Assembly: GCA_028066595.1 (NCBI GenBank)
Contig: JALCBJ010000005.1
Coordinates: forward strand, 43,933 to 107,932
Source: Thermoanaerobaculia bacterium
GTDB lineage: Bacteria; Acidobacteriota; Thermoanaerobaculia; Multivoradales; J023
Direction of reading: 5' to 3'
DNA: 64,000 nucleotides
The position numbers and the translations under genes were made by a program. Below are positions 57,281 through 64,000 of the stretch, in pieces. How positions within the stretch are numbered: the stretch's first letter is position 1; each line of letters starts with the position of its first letter. Below the pieces are notes generated by a model. It was not told the DNA's origin, ran no database searches, and saw only the letters and a program-made list of their open reading frames with translations.

Positions 57281-58669
57281 ATGCGTCTGATCTCAGGTTT
57301 CACAGTCCGAACCGCAGGAGGTACTCCCTTGAGACTTCGTAACGTGCTTCTCTGCTTGCTCCCCCTCGCCTTGCTGGCGACGGCGGTGGTAGCGCAGGAC
57401 AAGATCTTCCCCTACGACGTTCACGAAGAGGTGCTCGACAACGGTCTGTCAGTCGTGGTCGTACCCATGGACTCCGGTGGCCTGGTGGCCTACTGGTCCA
57501 TCGTCCGTACCGGATCCCGAGACGAGTACGAACCTGGACGCAGCGGTTTCGCTCACTTCTTCGAGCACATGATGTTCCGCGGTACCGAGCGTTTTCCGGC
57601 CGATGTCTACAACGGCAAGGTCACGGAGATCGGCGCCGACGCCAATGCCTTTACTTCCAGCGATCTCACCGCCTACTACTTGACGATCGCGGCGGAAGAC
57701 CTGGAGACCGTGGTGGACCTGGAGAGCGACCGCTTCCGGAACCTCGCGTATAAGAAAGGCGATTTCCAGACCGAGGCCGGGGCCATCTACGGCGAGTACC
57801 GAAAGAACTTCGCCAACCCCTTCTTCCAGATGAACGAGAAGATCAGTGAAGTGGCGTTCACGCAGCATACCTATGGTCACACGACGATGGGTTATGAAGC
57901 CGATATCCAGGCTATGCCCGAGCTCTACGACTACTCACTCACGTTTTTCGAGCGCTACTACCGGCCGGACAACATCGTGCTGCTGATCGTGGGTGACGTG
58001 GAAGTGAACGCCACCATGGACCTGGTCCGCCGCTACTATGCGGACTGGGAAGCGGGATACGTGGCGCCGGATGTGAAGCCCGAGCCGGAGCAGACAGAAG
58101 AACGCTCTGTGGACATCGAGTATCCAGGAGCCAGTTTCCCGATCATCTGGTTGGCCTACAAGGGTCCGGCATTCGACGCCGCCGACCGTATGCAGGCCGC
58201 AGGCCGTGTGTTGTGCTCGCTGGCGTTCGGCGAGACCAGCGAGTTCTACCAACGAATGGTGCTCGACGAGCAGCGTGTGGAGTTCGTCGACTGCTCTCTC
58301 GGTACGTCCCGTGATCCGGGCCTGATCAACGTCATCGCTCGTCTCAAATCGAAGGACGAAGCGGAGATCGAAGCCGTGATTGGCGAGATCGGCTCGACAA
58401 TCGACAGATTCAAGGAAACGGCTCCCGACGCTCAGCGGGTGACCGACCTGCAGTCGCGTCTTCGCTACGGATTCTTGATGAACCTCGATACGCCTTCGAA
58501 CGTCGCAGGCAATCTCGTGCGTCTACTTTCGGTCACCGGACAGTTCTCCAGTATCGAAACCATGTATCAAACCCTCGCTGAAGTGACGCCAGACGACGTG
58601 AAGGCCGCGGCTGGTGAGTTTTTCGTCGGGGAACGGCGGACGGTCGGTGTGCTGCGAGGTGCCAAGTGA
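57281..58669 (+). CDS. M16 family zinc peptidase (pitrilysin-like, catalytic subunit)
   Basis: Inverted zinc motif 'HFFEHMMF'. Signal peptide. A TTG at 57329 with GGAGG 7 nt upstream is an alternative start. Confidence 0.8.
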   Translation: MRLISGFTVRTAGGTPLRLRNVLLCLLPLALLATAVVAQDKIFPYDVHEEVLDNGLSVVVVPMDSGGLVAYWSIVRTGSRDEYEPGRSGFAHFFEHMMFRGTERFPADVYNGKVTEIGADANAFTSSDLTAYYLTIAAEDLETVVDLESDRFRNLAYKKGDFQTEAGAIYGEYRKNFANPFFQMNEKISEVAFTQHTYGHTTMGYEADIQAMPELYDYSLTFFERYYRPDNIVLLIVGDVEVNATMDLVRRYYADWEAGYVAPDVKPEPEQTEERSVDIEYPGASFPIIWLAYKGPAFDAADRMQAAGRVLCSLAFGETSEFYQRMVLDEQRVEFVDCSLGTSRDPGLINVIARLKSKDEAEIEAVIGEIGSTIDRFKETAPDAQRVTDLQSRLRYGFLMNLDTPSNVAGNLVRLLSVTGQFSSIETMYQTLAEVTPDDVKAAAGEFFVGERRTVGVLRGAK

Positions 58670-60213
58670 TGAGTCGACTCAGAAACTCCTACACCCTCTT
58701 GCTTGCCTGCACGCTGTCCCTCGGCCTCGCCGCTTGCGCGCCTCCGGACGATCCTCAAGCCGGACCGTTCGACGACTACGCCGGCAACGCTGTGCTCCTG
58801 CCCGTGGAGAATGACCCCACCGTCACGTTCGCCGTTTGGTTCCAGAGCGGAACGCAGGACGATCCTGTAGGCAAGGAAGGTCTCGCTCGGCTGACCGCTT
58901 CGATGATCTCAGACGGTGCCACGGCGGAGAACAGTTACCAGGACATCCTGAAGAAGCTCTATCCGATCGCTTCCGGCTACGGCGTCCGTGTCGACAAGGA
59001 AATGACGGTGCTCACGGGCCGCACCCACCGGGACAATCTGGATCTCTTCTTCCAGCTGTACAGCGATGCATACCTTCGACCAGCTTTCGACGAGGCGGAT
59101 TTAGATCGCTTGAAGAAAGATCAGCTGAACAACCTCGAGACGAGCCTGCGCTACGCGGCCGACGAGGAGCTCGGCAAGGCGGCGCTCGACCTGGCGGTCT
59201 ATTCCGGCACGCGCTATGCCCACCCGGTATCTGGCACGGTCGAAGGCCTCCGATCGATCACTCTCGAAGACGTCAAGAACTTCTACGTCCAGAACTACAG
59301 CCGACGCAACGCAGTACTGGCTTTGGGCGGCGGTTTCGACCGCGCCCTGCTCGATCGGTTCGAGGCGACCCTCCAGCAGATGCCACAGAGCCCTGCGCCG
59401 GCGGAGCCGGAGATCGCGACGGCCACCCTCGAGGGACGCAAGGTGACACTGGTATCCAAGCCCGGTGCGGACGCGTCCATCAGCTTCGGTCGCCCGGTGA
59501 CGGTGCGGCGTGGCACGCGCGACTTCTATGCTCTGTGGATTGCCAACTCGTGGCTGGGGGAACATCGCAACTCGTCCAGTCACCTGTACAACGTCATCCG
59601 CGAAACCCGCGGTATGAACTACGGTGACTACTCGTACATCGAAGCCTTCCCCCAGGGCGGCTTCCGCTCGATGCCGCCAACGAATGTAGCCCGCGACCAT
59701 CAGAAGTTCGAGGTGTGGATTCGGACGCTGCCCAACGAGCAGGCCGTGTTCGCTCTGCGTGCCGCCTTGCGTGAGCTGGACATGCTGATCGACAACGGGT
59801 TGAGCGAGGAGCAGTTCCAGCTGACCCGTTCCTTCCTGTCGAAGTATCACTTGCACTTCGCCACCACGACTGCGGAACGTCTCGGGTATCTGATCGATGA
59901 CCGCTTCTACGGCATCGATGCACCTGGGCACTTGACCACCTTCGGCGAGATGATGAGCTCCATCACCCTCGACGAGGTCAACGCGGCGGTAAAGAAGTAC
60001 CTCCAGACCAACGACCTGGAGATTGCCATCGTCACCGGCGACGCCGAAGGCTTGACGCGTCAGTTGACTTCGGGTGAGCCCACCCCCATGTCCTACAGCA
60101 TCGAGAAGCCGGCGGAGGTCCTCGAAGAGGACAAGATCATCGAAGCCTACGCGCTGCACATCTCGGAAGACGCTGTGACGGTGATCCCGGTCACGGACAT
60201 CTTCGAGAACTGA
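58666..60213 (+). CDS. M16 family peptidase-like lipoprotein (non-catalytic partner subunit)
   Basis: Lipobox 'LGLAAC'. M16 and M16_C folds without HxxEH. The start overlaps the upstream stop. Confidence 0.7.
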   Translation: MMSRLRNSYTLLLACTLSLGLAACAPPDDPQAGPFDDYAGNAVLLPVENDPTVTFAVWFQSGTQDDPVGKEGLARLTASMISDGATAENSYQDILKKLYPIASGYGVRVDKEMTVLTGRTHRDNLDLFFQLYSDAYLRPAFDEADLDRLKKDQLNNLETSLRYAADEELGKAALDLAVYSGTRYAHPVSGTVEGLRSITLEDVKNFYVQNYSRRNAVLALGGGFDRALLDRFEATLQQMPQSPAPAEPEIATATLEGRKVTLVSKPGADASISFGRPVTVRRGTRDFYALWIANSWLGEHRNSSSHLYNVIRETRGMNYGDYSYIEAFPQGGFRSMPPTNVARDHQKFEVWIRTLPNEQAVFALRAALRELDMLIDNGLSEEQFQLTRSFLSKYHLHFATTTAERLGYLIDDRFYGIDAPGHLTTFGEMMSSITLDEVNAAVKKYLQTNDLEIAIVTGDAEGLTRQLTSGEPTPMSYSIEKPAEVLEEDKIIEAYALHISEDAVTVIPVTDIFEN

Positions 60214-60224
60214 CGGAGAGAACC

Positions 60225-60713
60225 ATGAAGCTCAATCGCTACGCTCTCGCTGCGTTCGTTCTACTTGCTCTCGCCCTGCCGCCGACGGCCACCGAAGCCA
60301 CCGATTCGGTCTCCGGAACGTACGGCGAAGCGCCGACCTTGGAGGACGTCACGCCGATCGCCGATATCGTTGCCAATCCCGAAGCTTTCCAGGGCCGAGA
60401 AGTCCTCGTCGAAGGAAAGGTGCAAGGCGTGTGCGCCAAGGCCGGCTGTTGGATGGAACTCGCCGACGGTGAGGGTCATGAGGTTCGCGTCAAGGTGGAA
60501 GACGGTGTCATCGTCTTTCCGGTAGCGGCGGTGGGCGTCAATGCCGCCGCCCAGGGTACGGTCTCGGTGCACGACATGAGCCGCGACGAGTATCTCGGCT
60601 GGCAGCGTCACCTCGCGGAGGAGATGGGCGAGGAGTTCGATGAGTCGTCCATCGGCGAAGGTCCCTATCAGCTCGTGCAAATCGCCGGAACCGGCGCCCA
60701 CATCGACGGCTGA
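60225..60713 (+). CDS. secreted DUF4920-like protein
   Basis: Signal peptide. 'GKVQGVCAKAGCWMEL' cysteine pair typical of DUF4920. Confidence 0.55.
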   Translation: MKLNRYALAAFVLLALALPPTATEATDSVSGTYGEAPTLEDVTPIADIVANPEAFQGREVLVEGKVQGVCAKAGCWMELADGEGHEVRVKVEDGVIVFPVAAVGVNAAAQGTVSVHDMSRDEYLGWQRHLAEEMGEEFDESSIGEGPYQLVQIAGTGAHIDG

Positions 60714-60775
60714 GAACGGTCGCGCTGTCGGTTTGAGTCGGCCGGTCTGACGATCAGTAGAGGCTCAACGAGCTC

Positions 60776-62473
60776 CTAGTCGTTGACCCGGGCGATCTGC
60801 AGCGCGAAACCCAGTTCCGTCAAGCGGTCAAGGGTTCGGCAAACTTCGATCTTGGCGAAGAGCGGAAGCACTCTGCGCGGATCGAGAACTGAACCGTCCG
60901 GCCCGAACCAGGACTTCTCGACGATAACCAGGATGACCGTCTGGTCAGGACGCCGGGGAAACCTCAGCGGAACGACCTGCAGAAGCGGGTCTGGATTCTT
61001 CCGGTCTTGTCTAGCGGCGCTGCGGATCTTTCTCCGAGCCTGTTTCCTGAAGTCCCGGCTGCTGCACAGCAGCTCGGACGATACTGTTGCCTGGCCGCAT
61101 ACGTAGCTGATCGACCCCGAGCCTTTTCCCTTCTTGACGTGAAGGAGCTTTCCGTCAGCGGTCAGTACGTCGCAGAACTCGATGGCCGTCGTTCGCCTCG
61201 GGATGGTGATGACGTTTCGAGCATCCATCATCAAGCGGCCCGCGGGCGCTCCGATCGCCGTGTTGTAAGCCCGTTCATCGATGCGCTGACCGTCTCCATA
61301 GCTCCGGGCCGGAGCTTCGCTGAAAGAGATTAGGGAGAGACTCTCCGCCGCAGTAGCGTCGATCGAGGAGATCTTCTCGTCGAGGGAATCGACGAACCGG
61401 TCCGAGATTCTAAAGACGCTGCCCTCGCTCAGAGCGAAGCTGTCGTCGCCAACGACAACGACTCCGTCGAGCCAATCTCGCAGACGGACCTCAAGTTTGA
61501 TCTCATCGTCGGAATCGATCATTCGCAATCGATGCTTGTTGAACTCGTCGAGATCGAGTCTCGTCAGTCGGTCCAAAGAGGCAAGGAGCGAGCGATAGTC
61601 GCCAAGGTCGAGATCGCCGAGCACATGGCCTCCGCGGGCACTGTGACCAGAGACGCCAAGGATCGAAAACGAGAGTTGAGAGAGGTCTTCGGGACCAGGG
61701 GGTGAGAGCCCCAGTTCTGCGATGGATCCGGAACGGATCGCTCGCACGGCTTGGGACCAGACCCGTTGTCGTTCTTTGGAGTCGTGTACGAGCTCAAAGT
61801 TGTCTATGAACTCGAAGTGCTTCTTGTAGTCCGTTCTCGAGAAGTCGTCTTCGAGACGTTCACAGAGCTCGGGCAATTGGGAGAGCGAACCCCGCCAGCT
61901 GAGTTTGAGGGCGTCTCCCCCCGAGATATTGGGACCCCACTTGTCCCGATTGACTCGGACCTGAACTCCGCGAAGAATCTGGCGGCCCGGATTGAATCCG
62001 AATTCTTCATGAGTGATAGCAGCGCTGGACATGGCGTCCGATGTGATCCCTCTGGTCAGATCCTTCGATCTTTCCCCTCGGAGGAGCTTTCCTCCCTCGA
62101 GGAGATCATGGGATCTCTGGTCATATAGAAGATTCAGGGCTATGCGCCGGCCCCAACCGCGGTAAATCCGATTGGGAAGTACCAATGTGTGGCCCTGTGG
62201 GCCAAAGGGGACCGCATAGTTGTGCTCTCCTCTACTAAGGAGGAGGACGCCACGTGGCGACTTGTTCTCGTAGTCGGGAATGTCGTCGAAGTGCTCCTGG
62301 ATTGCTGACCACCACGGTGGCACCTTTTCTGAGATCTCTGGGTACCAGAATTCTGCACCCGGAAGAGTGTCCGAACCTTCGGCAGCTCTCAACCTGGAAG
62401 GTCGACTCAGATAGTCCTGAAGGTCTGTCGAGCTTCCGCGGAGACGGTATACACTGATCGGCAGTGCAGGCAT
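60776..62473 (-). CDS. large orphan hypothetical protein in a lower-GC segment (possibly TIGR04141/DUF6119-type sporadically distributed family; not confirmed)
   Basis: 565 aa. GC is visibly lower than the flanks, and there is an AT-richer 300-bp upstream intergenic region. No catalytic motif recognised. Confidence 0.5.
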   Translation of the reverse strand: MPALPISVYRLRGSSTDLQDYLSRPSRLRAAEGSDTLPGAEFWYPEISEKVPPWWSAIQEHFDDIPDYENKSPRGVLLLSRGEHNYAVPFGPQGHTLVLPNRIYRGWGRRIALNLLYDQRSHDLLEGGKLLRGERSKDLTRGITSDAMSSAAITHEEFGFNPGRQILRGVQVRVNRDKWGPNISGGDALKLSWRGSLSQLPELCERLEDDFSRTDYKKHFEFIDNFELVHDSKERQRVWSQAVRAIRSGSIAELGLSPPGPEDLSQLSFSILGVSGHSARGGHVLGDLDLGDYRSLLASLDRLTRLDLDEFNKHRLRMIDSDDEIKLEVRLRDWLDGVVVVGDDSFALSEGSVFRISDRFVDSLDEKISSIDATAAESLSLISFSEAPARSYGDGQRIDERAYNTAIGAPAGRLMMDARNVITIPRRTTAIEFCDVLTADGKLLHVKKGKGSGSISYVCGQATVSSELLCSSRDFRKQARRKIRSAARQDRKNPDPLLQVVPLRFPRRPDQTVILVIVEKSWFGPDGSVLDPRRVLPLFAKIEVCRTLDRLTELGFALQIARVND

Positions 62474-62781
62474 TCGATAACCTCATGCAGAGTTTCTTCC
62501 AGAAAGACACTCTTTCATCAGTGCAGATGCTCCCTTGCAGAAGGGATGCAGTTATTTTGCGACAAACAGCCTATCAGCTCACCCTGTTCTGCCGCACGAG
62601 GCCAGCGCGACGACCATGGGCCCCTGACCGAGTCCACCAGGCCGAAACCGATCGTGAGCTCGACGCGATCGTCGAAGTCGGGGCTTCTGGTGGCCTCCTG
62701 GAGTCGCAGCCCAAGCTCGATGGCCGACGCATTCGAATCCGGCGGTCTGGGTGGTCGACGGTCGCGAGTAGCTGACTCTCT

Positions 62782-64000
62782 TCAGCCACTCCGCACGCGA
62801 TGAACGCGCATCAGGTTGGTGAGCGGCCGCTGGTCGATGGGGTCGCCCATGAGGATGGTGATGGTGTCACCGGGCCGGGCGAGTTGCTTTTCCACCAGGA
62901 TCCGATCGACCGACGCCACGACCTCGTCGTGGTGGTTCACTTCATATTCGAGGAGCACGGGGCGGGCACCCCACACCAGCTGCACACGCCGCGCGACCTC
63001 CTCGTTGCGCGTGAATACTGTGATCGGGGTGTTGGGGCGATAGCGGGCGATCATGCGGGCGGTGAAGCCACCTTGGGAGAACGCGACAATGTGTTTGCAG
63101 TCGATACGGTCGACGGCGTAGACGGCGGCAGCGGAGACGACCTCGGGGATCTCGAGATGAAGATCTCTGCCGGCGTTCAGGTAGGGCTGTTCCGAGCTGC
63201 CGGGCAATAGGTGAGTTGCCGCCGGTTTGTCCTTCGGATCGTAAGCTTTGGGCCTGCGATAGTGCTCCGCTTCCTCGATGATCCGACACATGGTGCCGAC
63301 GGCCTCGACCGGGAACCGGCCGGCTGCTGTTTCACCCGACAGCATGAGCGCGTCGGCGCCATCGAAGACCGCGTTGGCCACATCCGAGGTTTCCGCACGG
63401 GTCGGACGCGGCTGCTGCATCATCGACTCGAGCATCTGGGTGGCAACGATCACCGGCTTGCCGTAGCGTCGACCCGAGGAGATGATCTGTTTCTGCATCA
63501 CCGGGACGCGATGGGGCGGGACTTCGACACCCAGGTCGCCGCGTGCGACCATCACCGCATCGGCGGCCTGCACGGTCGGATCGAGGCGCTTCATTACCGC
63601 TGCGCGTTCCAATTTGGCGATGAGCGGTAGGTTGCCCCGATGTTCCTCCATCACGCCGCGGATGGCTTCCAAATCTCCAGGACCGCCGACGAAGCTGACA
63701 GCTATGAAGTCGGCGTCGTGCTCGACGGCAAACGCGATGTCAGCGCGATCTTTGTCGGAGATGGTGAAGGGTAGGTCGGTATCCGGCAGGTTGATACCCT
63801 TGCGGGTCGATACCTGACCACCGAAGACCACGGTCGCAAGCACTCTCCTGTCGGCGCGCTGGACGACCTCGAGCTCCACTAGGCCGTTGTCGATCAGAAC
63901 CCGCTCACCCACCTGTAGGCTGTCGAGGAATTCTGATTCCTCCACAGGCAAATCGACCTCTCCGACGCCGAAGGTGACCTCCTCGCCGGCTTCCAACATC
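62782..64000 (-). CDS. pyk: pyruvate kinase (3' portion; the N-terminus lies beyond the window end)
   Basis: 'MVARGDLGVE', 'VIVATQMLESM', 'SGETAAGRFP' PK motifs. The ORF runs off the window at 64000. Confidence 0.9.
   Translation of the reverse strand, partial: MLEAGEEVTFGVGEVDLPVEESEFLDSLQVGERVLIDNGLVELEVVQRADRRVLATVVFGGQVSTRKGINLPDTDLPFTISDKDRADIAFAVEHDADFIAVSFVGGPGDLEAIRGVMEEHRGNLPLIAKLERAAVMKRLDPTVQAADAVMVARGDLGVEVPPHRVPVMQKQIISSGRRYGKPVIVATQMLESMMQQPRPTRAETSDVANAVFDGADALMLSGETAAGRFPVEAVGTMCRIIEEAEHYRRPKAYDPKDKPAATHLLPGSSEQPYLNAGRDLHLEIPEVVSAAAVYAVDRIDCKHIVAFSQGGFTARMIARYRPNTPITVFTRNEEVARRVQLVWGARPVLLEYEVNHHDEVVASVDRILVEKQLARPGDTITILMGDPIDQRPLTNLMRVHRVRSG

Noticed and set aside
1-64000. 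Searched for CRISPR arrays, rRNA, IS elements/transposases and integrases
   Set aside because: No regularly spaced direct repeats, no rRNA-like conserved stretches, and no transposase or integrase-like ORFs. The only mobility hint is the compositional anomaly at 60.8-62.8 kb.

Overview
This is a 64 kb, high-GC (roughly 65-68%) chromosomal segment from a diderm (Gram-negative-type) bacterium, possibly Acidobacteriota- or Gemmatimonadota-like; that guess rests only on gene content and GC. Most of the window is conserved housekeeping. On the minus strand lies the classical rimP-nusA-infB-(DUF503)-rbfA-(DHH/NrnA)-truB-rpsO-pnp cluster (9.7-20.1 kb). On the plus strand lie a bamA-skp-lpxD-fabZ-lpxA outer-membrane/lipid A cluster (31.6-37.4 kb), then a Gfo/Idh/MocA oxidoreductase, mtnP, surE, pcm, acyP, apt and a tRNA-Arg(CCT). 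Also present are mdh, a partial pyk, htrA/degP, a sigma-54 NtrC-type response regulator, two tandem acyl-CoA dehydrogenases followed by a GT39/ArnT-like membrane glycosyltransferase, a pair of M16 peptidases plus a DUF4920 protein, and an ABC-2 exporter operon ending in a sulfatase-like (alkaline-phosphatase superfamily) lipoprotein. The strongest candidate for an undescribed system is a minus-strand block at 42.8-51.5 kb. It opens with a ~1,925-aa cytoplasmic protein that fuses a Hanks-type Ser/Thr kinase, a STAND/AAA_16 NTPase, a helical TPR-like region and two tandem family-5 solute-binding-protein (SBP_bac_5, DppA/OppA-like) domains with no signal peptide or TM segment. It is followed closely by two unknown proteins and an ATP-dependent nucleic-acid ligase (KxDG nucleotidyltransferase plus OB fold). 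A second candidate is a lower-GC, apparently horizontally acquired 565-aa orphan protein between DUF4920 and pyk. No CRISPR arrays, rRNA genes or recognisable transposases were seen. Note that the printed sequence and the supplied ORF track disagree by one base at two line boundaries (44220/44221 and 44280/44281), which affects the ligase/upstream-gene junction.
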